Origin: Clostridiales bacterium | GTDB lineage: Bacteria; Bacillota; Clostridia; Caldicoprobacterales; UBA3941 | DNA length: 64,000 nucleotides | NCBI GenBank assembly: GCA_012735575.1 | Contig: JAAYGY010000012.1 | Coordinates: 3,833 to 67,832 of the forward strand | Direction: 5' to 3' | In this document: positions 18,084 through 28,396 of the stretch, one piece after another | How the letters are laid out: the number at the start of each line of letters is the position of its first letter | Numbering within the stretch: the stretch's first letter is position 1 | Translations under genes and position numbers: made by a program | Notes under the pieces: generated by a model | Database searches by the model: none | Told to the model about the DNA's origin: nothing | The model's input: only the letters and a program-made list of their open reading frames with translations

Positions 18084-18660
18084 TATTTTAAAAATAGGAT
18101 TAAAATTATTTATAATAACAGCTATTGCTGCCATGGTTCTGGGCATAACCAATCTTGCTACTCAAGGACCCATAGAACAACAGCGTATAAATACTACAAA
18201 TTTAGCTAAGCAGACAGTACTGCCTCAAGCCGAGGAATTCAGTCAAGTAGATATGGTTGCTGAATCAGCTGAAAATGACAAGGCTAAAATAGTGGAAATC
18301 AGTGCTGGAATGAAGGATAGTGAGATAGTAGGTTATACCTTTAAACTTATAGCCAATGGTTATGGTGGAGACTTAGAAGTAACTGTAGGAATCAATATGA
18401 ACAATAAAATAGAAGGTGTTCAAATTGGGGAGCATTCAGAAACGCCTGGTTTGGGAGCTAAAATAGTGGAAGGGTCTTTTACTGAGCAATTTAATGGCAA
18501 GGACATAGAAAATCCCTTGTCTCTTACAAAAAATACACCGGGAGATCAGGAAGTTCAGGCTATTTCTGGTGCTACTGTATCCTCCGATGCTGTAAATAAT
18601 GGTGTTAATCTGGCTGCCCAATATTATCGTGATATATTGCGAAATGGGGGTGGGAAATAA
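18076..18660 (+). CDS. rnfG: Rnf complex subunit G (FMN-binding)
   Basis: N-terminal TM, FMN_bind domain with canonical ISGATVSS flavinylation motif. Overlaps the end of rnfD. Confidence 0.95.
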   Translation: MSDILKIGLKLFIITAIAAMVLGITNLATQGPIEQQRINTTNLAKQTVLPQAEEFSQVDMVAESAENDKAKIVEISAGMKDSEIVGYTFKLIANGYGGDLEVTVGINMNNKIEGVQIGEHSETPGLGAKIVEGSFTEQFNGKDIENPLSLTKNTPGDQEVQAISGATVSSDAVNNGVNLAAQYYRDILRNGGGK

Positions 18661-19253
18661 TGAAATTATTAAAAATAATAAAAAATGGTATTATTACAGA
18701 AAACCCAACTTTCCGTTTAGTGTTAGGCATGTGTCCCACCTTGGCTGTGACTACAGCAGCAGCTAACGGAATTGGTATGGGCTTGGCTACCGCCTTTGTA
18801 CTAATATTTTCCAATTTGGTAGTATCTCTTTTAAAGGACTTTATCCCTAAACAGGTTAGAATCCCCGCATATATCGTAATCGCTGCTACCTTTGTTACTG
18901 TGGTAGACATGATAATGGAGGCTTATTTTCCTGTATTATATAAAAGCTTGGGCTTGTTTATACCATTAATTGTGGTTAACTGTATAATCCTTGGAAGAGC
19001 GGAGGCTTTTGCTTCCAAAAATACTCCTTTAGCATCAGTAGCAGACGGTATAGGTATGGGGATAGGTTTTACTCTTTCCTTAACCCTGTTAGGTATTATT
19101 CGAGAGCTGCTGGGAGCAGGAACTATATTTGGAGTAAAGGTTATGCCTCAAGCCTTTAATCCAGCTGTAATTATGATTCTACCTCCCGGAGCATTTATAA
19201 CATTAGGATTATTACTTGGTCTTTTAAACAAGTTAACAGCTAAGACTGAATAA
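18660..19253 (+). CDS. rnfE: Rnf complex subunit E
   Basis: Polytopic NqrD/RnfE pattern ([17 protein letters not shown]). The ATG overlaps the rnfG stop. Confidence 0.95.
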   Translation: MKLLKIIKNGIITENPTFRLVLGMCPTLAVTTAAANGIGMGLATAFVLIFSNLVVSLLKDFIPKQVRIPAYIVIAATFVTVVDMIMEAYFPVLYKSLGLFIPLIVVNCIILGRAEAFASKNTPLASVADGIGMGIGFTLSLTLLGIIRELLGAGTIFGVKVMPQAFNPAVIMILPPGAFITLGLLLGLLNKLTAKTE

Positions 19254-19267
19254 AGGGGGTTTGGGTT

Positions 19268-19855
19268 ATGGAGTATTTAGGTAAACTATTCATGATATTA
19301 CTCAGCACTTTGCTGGTTAACAATTTTGTATTATCAAGATTTTTAGGTATTTGTCCTTTTCTAGGGGTATCTAAAAAGGTATCCACTGCATTGGGTATGG
19401 GAGCTGCTGTTACCTTTGTAATGGCCCTAGCTTCCCTAATCACCTATATTATTCAATATGCGATTTTACAAGCTTTGGGTTTAGAATATCTGCAAACAAT
19501 TGCTTTTATACTGGTTATAGCTGCTTTAGTACAGTTTGTAGAGATGGTTATCCAAAAAACAAGTCCTACCTTATATCAGGCACTAGGTGTCTATCTCCCT
19601 CTTATAACTACCAATTGTGCCGTTTTGGGAGTAGCTATTATCAATATACAAGAAGGATATGATCTGCTTCAAACATTAATTAATGGAACAGGGGCTGCTT
19701 TAGGGTTTACCCTGGCTTTGGTTCTGATGGCTGGCATTAGGGAAAGATTAGAGCTTTCAGATATACCGGAGCCTTTGAAAGGCTTTCCCATAACTCTAAT
19801 AACTGCAGGTCTTATGTCTGTTGCATTTTTAGGATTTCAAGGACTTATTAAGTAG
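19268..19855 (+). CDS. rnfA: Rnf complex subunit A
   Basis: Polytopic NqrE/RnfA pattern ([18 protein letters not shown]). Confidence 0.95.
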   Translation: MEYLGKLFMILLSTLLVNNFVLSRFLGICPFLGVSKKVSTALGMGAAVTFVMALASLITYIIQYAILQALGLEYLQTIAFILVIAALVQFVEMVIQKTSPTLYQALGVYLPLITTNCAVLGVAIINIQEGYDLLQTLINGTGAALGFTLALVLMAGIRERLELSDIPEPLKGFPITLITAGLMSVAFLGFQGLIK

Positions 19856-19867
19856 AGGGGGAAAAGT

Positions 19868-20848
19868 ATGATTAAAGAAATTTTGATGCCTATCCTTAGT
19901 TTAGGAGGCATGAGTATAGTATTTGGAGCTGGACTAGCCTTTGCATCACAGAAATTTGCCGTTGACAGTGATCCAAGAGAAGAAGAGGTACGGGAAGTTT
20001 TGCCAGGAGTTAACTGCGGAGCTTGTGGTTACCCTGGTTGTGATGGTTTTGCTGCTGCTGTTGTGACTGGAGATGCTCCTGTAGCAGGTTGCCCCGTAGG
20101 AGGAGCTAGGGTTGCTCAGCAAATAGGAGATATTATGGGTCTGGAAGTCGGTGACATAAACAGAAGGATAGCAAAAGTATTGTGCGCTGGAGACTGTGAA
20201 AAAGCTCCACAAAAGTACCATTACCAGGGTATAGAGGATTGTGTTGCAGCTTCATTGATAGCAGACGGCCCCAAAGAATGTAGCTATGGCTGTCTGGGTT
20301 TAGGAACTTGTGTTAATGCGTGTCCCTTTGATGCTATATATATAAATGATAAAGGGATAGCTGTAGTTGATGAGGATAAATGTACCTCATGTGAAAAGTG
20401 TGTTGCAGCTTGTCCTAAAAATTTAATTGAAATGGTCCCTGTTTCAAGTCAGGTACAGGTCTTGTGCAAGTCAGAGGATAAGGGAAAGGACGTTAAAAAT
20501 TCTTGTAAGGTAGGATGTATCGGATGCAGAATTTGTGAAAAGGTCTGCAAATTTGATGCAATTGTTGTAGACAATAATGTTGCTCGTATAGATTATGACA
20601 AATGTGTGAATTGTATGGTATGTGCAGAGAATTGTCCTACAAAATCTATCTATGCTGATTTTGATAACAGAAAGATTGCTTTTATTGAGGAAGACAAATG
20701 TACCGGCTGTACTGCTTGTAAGAGAGCTTGCAAGTTTAATGCAATTGAGGGCAATGTAAAAGAAGTTCACATAGTAATTGAAGATAAATGTACAGGTTGC
20801 CAGGAATGTATAAAGAAATGTCGCTTTGATGCTATCATTATGAAATAG
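19868..20848 (+). CDS. rnfB: Rnf complex subunit B (polyferredoxin)
   Basis: N-terminal TM, CGACGYPGCDGFA cluster motif, then several CxxCxxCxxxCP ferredoxin motifs. Confidence 0.95.
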   Translation: MIKEILMPILSLGGMSIVFGAGLAFASQKFAVDSDPREEEVREVLPGVNCGACGYPGCDGFAAAVVTGDAPVAGCPVGGARVAQQIGDIMGLEVGDINRRIAKVLCAGDCEKAPQKYHYQGIEDCVAASLIADGPKECSYGCLGLGTCVNACPFDAIYINDKGIAVVDEDKCTSCEKCVAACPKNLIEMVPVSSQVQVLCKSEDKGKDVKNSCKVGCIGCRICEKVCKFDAIVVDNNVARIDYDKCVNCMVCAENCPTKSIYADFDNRKIAFIEEDKCTGCTACKRACKFNAIEGNVKEVHIVIEDKCTGCQECIKKCRFDAIIMK

Positions 20849-20858
20849 GAATGAGTAT

Positions 20859-22169
20859 ATGACTGTGTTGCAGGTTTATCCCAGGGGAGAATACCATAAA
20901 CATAAAAATATGGGAGAGTCTGTAGATCCTAAAGAAATCTGGGGCCACTTTTACTGGACAGACGTTCTTGAGGGATTGTCCAGTCTGGTAGATTTGTACA
21001 GGAGTAAGGTACAGCTTATATATATTGACCCTCCCTTTATGACAGGGCAATTATTCAGGTATCGCCAAAAGATAGGAAATAAAGGGATTATTGAGCATGT
21101 TGCTTACAGGGATCAATGGAAGGAAGGAAAAAAAGATTTTCTAACCTTTATGAAACAAGTATTTGAATATGCTTATGAGCTGCTTACTCCTGACGGTTCT
21201 TTCTATGTTCATGTGGATTACAGGACCAGTGCTTATTTACGAGTTTTATTGGATGAGATTTTTGGTGAAGACAATTTTTTGAACGAAATTATTTGGCATT
21301 ATCAAAGTGGAGGCAGGGCTAAAAGGCATTTTAGTCGCAAACATGACAACATACTCTTTTACCGGAAATCTTCGGAGCATTTCTTTGATATTGATGCTGT
21401 TGGGATAAAACGAGGAGATAAGAGGAAAAACAATATGAAAAGAGAAATAGACCAGGACGGCAGGATATTTTGGTCTATAAAATCAGCTGGTAAGATATAT
21501 CGCTACTATGAAGATTCTAAAATATATCCAAGTGATGTTTGGACTGATATTTCTCATCTCCACCAGCGGGACCCTGAAAGGACAGGCTATGACACCCAAA
21601 AACCTGAGACCTTGTTGGAGCGGATTATTCTGTCATCATCAAGACCTGGAGATTATGTGGCAGATTTTTTTGCAGGCTCTGGAACAACTCTAGCTGTTGC
21701 TTCAAGACTAAATAGAAAATGGATAGGATTAGATTCCAGTCCTTATTCTATGCATGTGTGTAGGAATAGATTGTTGGCACAAGAAGATGGAAAAAACTTT
21801 GCCATATACTACGAGAAAAGTTATAAGCCTTTAGATCAATCTGTAATAGTTATAGAAAAAGATCAAACTAGTGGCAAAGGAACAGATATAAACACTATTA
21901 AGCTGGTAGATTACAAACCTGCTAAGAGTGTAGCAGCAGATGATAAAGGTAACCATAACCTGGATCTTAAAGGACTAGAACATGTAAATTATTGGGCAGT
22001 AGGTTATATAAAGGACGATTTTTTCTACCCTAGATCTTGGAACAAGAGGGAAGAGAAGGATAATATGATAAAAGATTCTATTGAGTTAGCAATCTTTGAA
22101 AATAATGATTTAGTGGTCCATATAATAGATGTTTGGGGTAATCAGTATTATTATCAACTAAAATACTGA
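20859..22169 (+). CDS. Beta-class DNA methyltransferase (N4/N6 family, DPPF motif, probably N6-adenine) with ~135-aa uncharacterised C-terminal region
   Basis: Motif IV LIYIDPPF (aa 57-60) precedes motif I DFFAGSGTT (beta permutation); also YDTQKPETLLERII. Starts 10 nt after the rnfB stop with no intervening hairpin. Confidence 0.85.
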   Translation: MTVLQVYPRGEYHKHKNMGESVDPKEIWGHFYWTDVLEGLSSLVDLYRSKVQLIYIDPPFMTGQLFRYRQKIGNKGIIEHVAYRDQWKEGKKDFLTFMKQVFEYAYELLTPDGSFYVHVDYRTSAYLRVLLDEIFGEDNFLNEIIWHYQSGGRAKRHFSRKHDNILFYRKSSEHFFDIDAVGIKRGDKRKNNMKREIDQDGRIFWSIKSAGKIYRYYEDSKIYPSDVWTDISHLHQRDPERTGYDTQKPETLLERIILSSSRPGDYVADFFAGSGTTLAVASRLNRKWIGLDSSPYSMHVCRNRLLAQEDGKNFAIYYEKSYKPLDQSVIVIEKDQTSGKGTDINTIKLVDYKPAKSVAADDKGNHNLDLKGLEHVNYWAVGYIKDDFFYPRSWNKREEKDNMIKDSIELAIFENNDLVVHIIDVWGNQYYYQLKY

Positions 22170-22363
22170 GATATACTAAGACATATTTGGGAGCTAAAAA
22201 TACGAGTACAAATGGAGAGCGAAATTATAAGCCTAAGCTGCACTTCACCTCTGTAAAAGGTTATATAAAACCCTTGGAGATTGTATTTATGCCCCTACTA
22301 CTATTGATTTATAGAAAGGACCAGATAAAGACTTTTTGGTTTGAGAATAGAAGGATAAAGTAG

Positions 22364-22398
22364 CAGCCGTAAATGAGGATTTGCACCATTTACGGCTG
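22364..22398. terminator. Bidirectional terminator between the methyltransferase gene and the convergent gene
   Basis: 12-bp perfect stem CAGCCGTAAATG/CATTTACGGCTG with an 11-nt loop. Confidence 0.75.
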
Positions 22399-22415
22399 TA
22401 TCATTTATTCCTCAG

Positions 22416-22931
22416 CTATTCCTCAGCACGAGTAGCCATGGGCTCAACTTTTGATAGCCATTCTTCCATGGATTCCTTAGGGTTTAGAAAATGGTATTCT
22501 AAAATCTTTTGCTCATCTTCATTTATTACATTGGACCAAATAATCCAATTGTTTTGATGGGAATAATAAAAGTCCAGTTTGTAATCGTTATCATATATCA
22601 ACTCAATAAAATGGCTACTGTCAGTGATGGGGCTAAACTGACTATCCTCTTCTATAGAAATTCCCTTTGATGTAGCGATAATATTCCTTAACTCCATTAT
22701 ATAAGGTTGTTCACCTTGAATAGATGAAGCCAAAGTTGCAACAGGAGATTTTAATCGGTTGTCTGAATCGAAGAAAGTCACTTTAATAGTGGCTATTTCT
22801 TGACCTTTAATTTGATCACTGGACAAAATCTTAGCACCGCTTATCTTATGAGAACAACTTGGTGCTAGCATTAATATTGCGATTGAAAATAAAACTATAA
22901 TAGTAATATGTAAACTCAACCGGTATTTCAA
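22416..22931 (-). CDS. Hypothetical secreted/membrane-anchored protein
   Basis: Start moved to TTG 22931 (AAGGAG RBS 9 nt upstream), giving MKYRLSLHITIIVLFSIAILMLAPSCS. The signal peptide has a Cys but a non-canonical lipobox. I recognise no family. Confidence 0.55.
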   Translation of the reverse strand: MKYRLSLHITIIVLFSIAILMLAPSCSHKISGAKILSSDQIKGQEIATIKVTFFDSDNRLKSPVATLASSIQGEQPYIMELRNIIATSKGISIEEDSQFSPITDSSHFIELIYDNDYKLDFYYSHQNNWIIWSNVINEDEQKILEYHFLNPKESMEEWLSKVEPMATRAEE

Positions 22932-23329
22932 TTTAAATCGCTCCTTACCTATATAATAATAAAATAACATCTGTTGATAGTTCAACAGTTGTAGCCCTAA
23001 TAGAAAAATATGCTATTGATAAGTCAACGTTTAATAGCCATTACAACTATAGGATGAACTAGCATAATTAATTAAAGTATCTATATTTTATCACATTAGG
23101 AGATAAAATAATAAGATTTTTGTAGGATTTCCTTATTAAATTTGATTATAAGGGTTTTATAACCGTTTATATATTTTTAATTATTGCTTCAGCAGAATGC
23201 ATAAAATTGTCTCCAGAGACTGGATAGAAATCTTTGTTATAAACAATAATAAACTAGAAGGATTTTTAATCTTAAAAAGCGAAGTAATATCAAAGTCTTA
23301 AGTTTAAATCTAAAGGAGGCTAAGTCAAG

Positions 23330-24604
23330 TTGAGCGATATTATTATAAAAAAATTAGAGGGAAACATTAATTTACATATTATTCCTGATAAGAAGTTTAA
23401 AACAGTTTATATAAGTTATTGCTTTCATAGGGATTTAGATAAAGATTATACTTATAATGCTCTAATACCAGCTGTTTTAAAAAGAGGGTGTGAAGGGTAT
23501 GAAAATCAAAAAAAGATTGGCGCTTTTTTAGAAGAACAGTATGGTGCCTTATTTGATGTTGGAGTTCAAAAACTGGGAGAGAGACAGATACTTCGCTTCA
23601 CCATGGATTTAGTAAATGAGACTTATACACCTAAAGATGGGTTGCTGGCACAGTCCTTTTATTTTCTAAATCGAATAATAACAAAGCCCGTATTGGAGAA
23701 CTCAATATTTAGAGAGGACTATGTAAACCAGGAAAAAGAAAACTTAAAGAATAGAATTCTGGCCATGATAAATGATAAAATGCAATATAGCATAGAACGC
23801 TGCATACAGGAAATGTGCAAGAATGAAAAATACTCTAGATTCGTTTTAGGCAGTGTGGAAGATTTAGAATCTTTAGATTCTGAGAGACTATACAGAGTCT
23901 ATCATGATATGATAGCTACTAGTCCCTTAGATATTTTTGTAGTAGGGGATGTAGATGCTGAAAAGGTTTTATTGTTAATTAAAAATAGTTTAGATCTTGA
24001 TAGAAGCCAGACTAAGATCATTTCTGAAACAATAATAAAAAGGGTTGGGGTAAAACAGCGGCAAGTGATAGAAGAGATGGATGTAGCACAAGCTAAACTA
24101 AATATCGGCTTTAGAACCAATACCTCTGTTAAGGATAAGGAATATTTACCATTGGTTGTATATGCCAGTGTTTTAGGTGGTGGACCTCATTCAAAGCTTT
24201 TTATAAATGTACGTGAACGAAGCAGTCTAGCTTATTATGCCTTTGCTCGATTGGAGAAATACAAGGGATTAATGCTTATTGGGTCAGGGATTGATCAGAA
24301 ACAATACCAGCAGGCATTAGAGATAATTATGGAACAGGTCAATGATATGGAAAAAGGCAATATAACAGATATGGAATTTACTGCTGCCATAAACGCTATT
24401 ACTACCTCCTTAAGGGGTGCAAAAGATGAGCCGGGACAACTAGTAAATTATTATCTGGGCAACACCGTTACAGGAGCTAGTTATTCTCTTGATGATTTAA
24501 TAGAAGAGATAATGAAAGTAAAATTGGAAGAAGTTGTAGAAGTAGCCAAAAGGGTAAAAGTTGATACAGTATATCTATTAAGTCCAAAGGAGGGAAGCTT
24601 GTAA
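23330..24604 (+). CDS. M16 (insulinase/pitrilysin) family protein, non-catalytic partner type (YmfF-like)
   Basis: 424 aa with M16 fold pattern but no HxxEH motif. TTG start after an AAGGAGG RBS. Paired with the downstream M16 gene. Confidence 0.8.
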   Translation: MSDIIIKKLEGNINLHIIPDKKFKTVYISYCFHRDLDKDYTYNALIPAVLKRGCEGYENQKKIGAFLEEQYGALFDVGVQKLGERQILRFTMDLVNETYTPKDGLLAQSFYFLNRIITKPVLENSIFREDYVNQEKENLKNRILAMINDKMQYSIERCIQEMCKNEKYSRFVLGSVEDLESLDSERLYRVYHDMIATSPLDIFVVGDVDAEKVLLLIKNSLDLDRSQTKIISETIIKRVGVKQRQVIEEMDVAQAKLNIGFRTNTSVKDKEYLPLVVYASVLGGGPHSKLFINVRERSSLAYYAFARLEKYKGLMLIGSGIDQKQYQQALEIIMEQVNDMEKGNITDMEFTAAINAITTSLRGAKDEPGQLVNYYLGNTVTGASYSLDDLIEEIMKVKLEEVVEVAKRVKVDTVYLLSPKEGSL

Positions 24605-24605
24605 A

Positions 24606-25898
24606 ATGGAAAATCTAATGGAGAATAAGTTATTAAAGGAAAAGTTGATAAGCCACAAGCTAAAGGTGGGCTTGAATGTATATATACTTCCAAAACCAGG
24701 TTACAGTAGGCAGTTTGCTATATATGCAACCCAATATGGATCCAATGACAGCCAGTTTGTGCCTTTGGGAAAGAAAGAACCTATTACGGTACCTGATGGA
24801 ATAGCACATTTTCTGGAACATAAACTTTTTGAAGAAGAAGAGGGTAATATTTTTGACGAATATGCAAAACTAGGAGCACAGCCTAATGCCTTCACAAATT
24901 TCAATATGACTGCATATCATTTTACATCTACGGGTAATTTTTATGAATGTTTGGATGTGCTTCTGGGCTTTGTTGGTAGGCCTTATTTTACAGATGAAAA
25001 TGTTGAAAAAGAAAAGGGGATTATTGCACAAGAGATTAGAATGTATGAAGACAACCCTTATTGGAGGGTATACTTCAATCTCTTAAAAGGTCTGTATCAT
25101 GAACACCCTGTACGCAAAGATATTGCAGGTACTGTAGAGTCTATTTATAAAATCAATAAAGAAATTCTTTACGAGTGTTATAGAACCTTCTATCATCCAT
25201 CAAATATGGTCTTATTTATAGCAGGAGATGTAGATACCGATAGGGTTATTAAGCAGGCAGAAGAGTTATTTAGTAAGCAACCAGTAAAGGAGGCTGGAAG
25301 TGAGATTGAAAGAATATTGCCAGAAGAGGAAAAAGGAGTGGCCCAATCTAGGGTGGAAGAGAAACTAGCTGTGTCCAGGCCAATGTTTGCATTGGGATTT
25401 AAGGATGAGGATATTACAGGTGGTGGCGACAGACTTTTAGAAAAAATAATAGCTAATGAAATTATTTTAGATATGCTAGTAGGTCCTAGCTCTGATATCT
25501 ATAGCAATCTCTATGAAGAAGGGTTAATAGATTCTTCCTTTGGTACCGATTATACTGGTGAGAAGAACTATGGACATGCCATTATGTCAGGTCAGTCTTC
25601 CGATCCGGAAAAGGTGGCAAGTATATTATATGATGAAATAGACAAACGTAAATCTAAACCTTGGGATCAGGATTATTTTGAAAGGATAAAAAAGAAAAAA
25701 ATGGGGCAGCATATAAGGCTATTTAACTCCATAGAATCCACTAGCATACGGTTTGTCTCCATGCTTTTTAAAGATACTCACCTGTTTGACTATTACCAGA
25801 CTATAGAATCTATTACCTATGATCTAATAATTCAAGAATTCAAGCAATTATACAATAAAAGCAATAGCTGTTTGTCTATGATTGTGCCCAAGATATAA
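24606..25898 (+). CDS. M16 family zinc peptidase, catalytic type (YmfH-like)
   Basis: The inverted zinc motif HFLEH (HxxEH) is present. 430 aa. Adjacent to its partner with a 1-nt gap. Confidence 0.85.
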   Translation: MENLMENKLLKEKLISHKLKVGLNVYILPKPGYSRQFAIYATQYGSNDSQFVPLGKKEPITVPDGIAHFLEHKLFEEEEGNIFDEYAKLGAQPNAFTNFNMTAYHFTSTGNFYECLDVLLGFVGRPYFTDENVEKEKGIIAQEIRMYEDNPYWRVYFNLLKGLYHEHPVRKDIAGTVESIYKINKEILYECYRTFYHPSNMVLFIAGDVDTDRVIKQAEELFSKQPVKEAGSEIERILPEEEKGVAQSRVEEKLAVSRPMFALGFKDEDITGGGDRLLEKIIANEIILDMLVGPSSDIYSNLYEEGLIDSSFGTDYTGEKNYGHAIMSGQSSDPEKVASILYDEIDKRKSKPWDQDYFERIKKKKMGQHIRLFNSIESTSIRFVSMLFKDTHLFDYYQTIESITYDLIIQEFKQLYNKSNSCLSMIVPKI

Positions 25899-25947
25899 CA
25901 TACTTGTTATAATGTTAAACTACGCTGTAAGAAAAGGGGGAATAAAT

Positions 25948-26763
25948 GTGGATCCAGTTGCGTTTCATATATTAGGAAAACCAGTGTACTGGTATGGTAT
26001 TATTATTGCGCTGGGAGTATTGATAGGAATATATTTAGCAATGAGGCATGCCAATAAATTAGGATATGACCAGGAGATGATCATTGATTTTTGTTTGTTG
26101 GCAATACCTTTGGCTGTTATAGGTGCTCGGATATATTATGTAGTATTTTCATGGGAATACTATAGTAAAAATCCGGGGGATATAATAAAAATATGGGAAG
26201 GTGGTTTGGCTATTTACGGTGCTGTAATTGGTGGAATAGTTAGTGCTGTTATATTTGCCCGAAGGAGAAAGATAGATTTTTGGGAATTATGTGATATTGT
26301 ATCTCCCAGCTTAATTTTAGGGCAAGCTTTAGGAAGATGGGGTAATTTCTTTAATCAAGAGGCCTATGGTTATGCTGTAACTAATAGGGCTTGGCAGTGG
26401 TTCCCTGCAGCTGTATATATAGATGCAAATGCTCAATGGCATATGGCAACGTTTTTTTATGAGTCCATGTGGAATTTCATAGTTTTCTTTTTTCTTCTAT
26501 TTTATAAAAAAAGAAGAAAAAAAACAGGGGAAGTATTCTTGCTATACCTTATATTGTATGGAGTAGGTAGAGTGGTAATTGAAGGTCTAAGAACTGATAG
26601 CCTATATCTGGGACCAATAAGAGTATCTCAACTATTAAGTGGTTTATTAATCCTAGTAGGTATCGTTTTATTTATTGTAAGAAGAAAAAGAGATATGGGG
26701 AATGATAATGAAGTGGAGGATAGTAAGGTAAATCAAGAGAAATTAGGGGAAGAAGAGGATTGA
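25948..26763 (+). CDS. lgt: Prolipoprotein diacylglyceryl transferase
   Basis: Start moved to GTG 25948 (AAAGGGGG RBS). Signature GRWGNFFNQEAYG and a polytopic profile. Confidence 0.9.
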   Translation: MDPVAFHILGKPVYWYGIIIALGVLIGIYLAMRHANKLGYDQEMIIDFCLLAIPLAVIGARIYYVVFSWEYYSKNPGDIIKIWEGGLAIYGAVIGGIVSAVIFARRRKIDFWELCDIVSPSLILGQALGRWGNFFNQEAYGYAVTNRAWQWFPAAVYIDANAQWHMATFFYESMWNFIVFFFLLFYKKRRKKTGEVFLLYLILYGVGRVVIEGLRTDSLYLGPIRVSQLLSGLLILVGIVLFIVRRKRDMGNDNEVEDSKVNQEKLGEEED

Positions 26764-26778
26764 TCCTCTTCTTTTTAT
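26752..26778 (+). terminator. Rho-independent terminator overlapping the lgt stop
   Basis: Stem GAAGAGG/CCTCTTC followed by TTTTTATTT. Confidence 0.7.
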
Positions 26779-26967
26779 TTCAAAGTTATTTATATGGGAA
26801 TAAAAAAAGCTTATTTGGATAAAATAAGTTTGTCTTCAGAAAAATATTACCAGAAATTTGAACAAAATTTCCATAATAAAAATATGGTTTTGGTTCAATA
26901 TATATGTAGTAGACTTTTTATTTGATAAAACTGATGGTTTGTTACCAGAGTGAAAGGAGTATATAAA

Positions 26968-27354
26968 ATGGCTGATAACAATGTACGTAGAGACGATGAC
27001 CATCGAGAGGAAGGCAGAGGTAGAGGATGGCTTGGAATGATTATCCGGTTTGTAGTAGCAGCAGTTGTACTTATGGTTACTGCAGCTGTTACTCCCGGAT
27101 TTAGTTCAATGGGATTTGGTACTGCTTTACTTGCAGCATTAATAATAGCAGCTATGGATTATGTAATTCAAAAACTATTTAGAATCGATGCATCACCTTT
27201 TGGCAGGGGTTTGACTGGCTTTATCTTATCTGCGGTAATTATCTATCTAACACAGTTTTTGGTGCCTGATATGGAAATAAACCTATTTGGTGCAATTATT
27301 GCCGCTTTAATTATAGGTGTTATCGATGCTATAATTCCTGCCCATGTATTTTAA
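26968..27354 (+). CDS. Small integral membrane protein, tentatively phage-holin-4/YvlD-like family
   Basis: Start at ATG 26968 (AAAGGAG RBS). Charged N-terminus then 3-4 TM segments. The TPGF..FGTALLAALIIA pattern resembles YvlD-type proteins. The family call is tentative. Confidence 0.55.
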   Translation: MADNNVRRDDDHREEGRGRGWLGMIIRFVVAAVVLMVTAAVTPGFSSMGFGTALLAALIIAAMDYVIQKLFRIDASPFGRGLTGFILSAVIIYLTQFLVPDMEINLFGAIIAALIIGVIDAIIPAHVF

Positions 27355-27403
27355 ATAAACAACTGAATATTGGATAATATAACAAAATGTATATTATTTT
27401 AGA

Positions 27404-27450
27404 AGAACAAAGGTTGTCATATTTATATATGAAATTCCCTTTGTTCTTTT
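27404..27450 (+). terminator. Probable terminator
   Basis: 10-bp stem AGAACAAAGG/CCTTTGTTCT with a large (~24-nt) loop, followed by a T-run. Confidence 0.55.
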
Positions 27451-27478
27451 ATTTCTATTTTGGGAATTTGGAGGTTAC

Positions 27479-27507
27479 TTGAAAAATAATTGGCGATACT
27501 GTATAAT
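27479..27507 (+). promoter_or_regulatory. Sigma-A-type promoter for the DUF1836 gene
   Basis: TTGAAA, 17-nt spacer, TATAAT. Confidence 0.6.
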
Positions 27508-27568
27508 GAAGTTGAAAAAACTATGTTTATTTTATTTAACTTTTTTATATATCGAAGAGGTGTAACCC

Positions 27569-28189
27569 ATGAATAATGAACCTTCTAAGGTTAAGGATAG
27601 TATTCAAGCATTTATAGATGACTTAAAGGCATATGACAGTATACGCCTTGATGAAATACCAGAATATCGTTTATTTATATCTCAGGTTGAGGAGTTTTTT
27701 GATAAAAAGCTTGGTAAAAGTGTAGATGATGATGAAGAAAAGAAAATTATCTCTAAAACCATGATACAGAATTATATAAAAGATGGACTTATTATGCCGC
27801 CTGAAGGCAAATCGTACAATCGGGGTCATGTAATACTATTGGCTATTATTTATAACTTGAAGTCTATTCTTACTATAAAGGACATTAAAAAACTCTTGAC
27901 TCCTATACTGGAAAAACTAGATATGGAAGAGAATGATGATAATATTGAATGTATATATGATACCTTTTTTTCTTTAAAAGAATCATTTTTAGATAATTTT
28001 TCCAACTTATTAGAACAGGATATTGATTTGATAAACCAAAAACTTGAGGGATGGGACCATGATAATTATGATAAAATTCATAATATCCTGTTGGTTTTGA
28101 CCTTAGTTACCCAGGCAAATATTCGCAAGAGACTGGCTGAGCATATTATAGAATTATATTTTACTGAGGAAGAAGATCCTAATGAATAG
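27569..28189 (+). CDS. DUF1836 domain protein
   Basis: ISKTMIQNYIKDGLIMPPEGKSYNRGHVILLAIIYNLKSILTIKDI matches the conserved DUF1836 core as I recall it. Confidence 0.7.
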   Translation: MNNEPSKVKDSIQAFIDDLKAYDSIRLDEIPEYRLFISQVEEFFDKKLGKSVDDDEEKKIISKTMIQNYIKDGLIMPPEGKSYNRGHVILLAIIYNLKSILTIKDIKKLLTPILEKLDMEENDDNIECIYDTFFSLKESFLDNFSNLLEQDIDLINQKLEGWDHDNYDKIHNILLVLTLVTQANIRKRLAEHIIELYFTEEEDPNE

Positions 28190-28200
28190 GATCTTTTTTT
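28174..28200 (+). terminator. Rho-independent terminator
   Basis: Stem AGATCCT/AGGATCT, 7-nt loop, followed by T7. Overlaps the stop codon. Confidence 0.8.
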
Positions 28201-28396
28201 ATTCCAAACTTTATAAACCTAAGACACTCTATAATTGTGTGAAGATTACAAAAAGTCATGAGAATTATTGTGAAAGCTGTCATAATATCGATATAGAGTA
28301 TCTAAACCATTGTGAAATAGTATTTAATACTATATAATAAAGTTAGTATAAATTCTATAGGAGGTCTTAAAAATATATAATGGAAGGGGGTTAAAG

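Noticed and set aside
22289-22363. 24-codon ORF (MPLLLLIYRKDQIKTFWFENRRIK*) with a GGAGA RBS between the methyltransferase gene and its terminator.
   Set aside because: It is too short, and compositionally and contextually unsupported. I could not distinguish it from chance without conservation or ribosome-profiling data.
23030-23043. The 14-mer TTTAATAGCCATTA is shared with the polA-upstream inverted repeat (5559-5572). A nearby shared 10-mer (ATGCTAGTTC / GAACTAGCAT) suggested a dispersed small repeat element.
   Set aside because: In a 64-kb AT-rich window, several exact 14-mer coincidences are expected by chance. The flanks do not align convincingly and the spacing differs.
26968-27354. 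Holin-family-like small membrane protein as a hint of a prophage lysis cassette.
   Set aside because: There is no endolysin or phage structural or regulatory gene nearby. The neighbours are lgt and a DUF1836 gene, and proteins of this type are common chromosomal membrane proteins.
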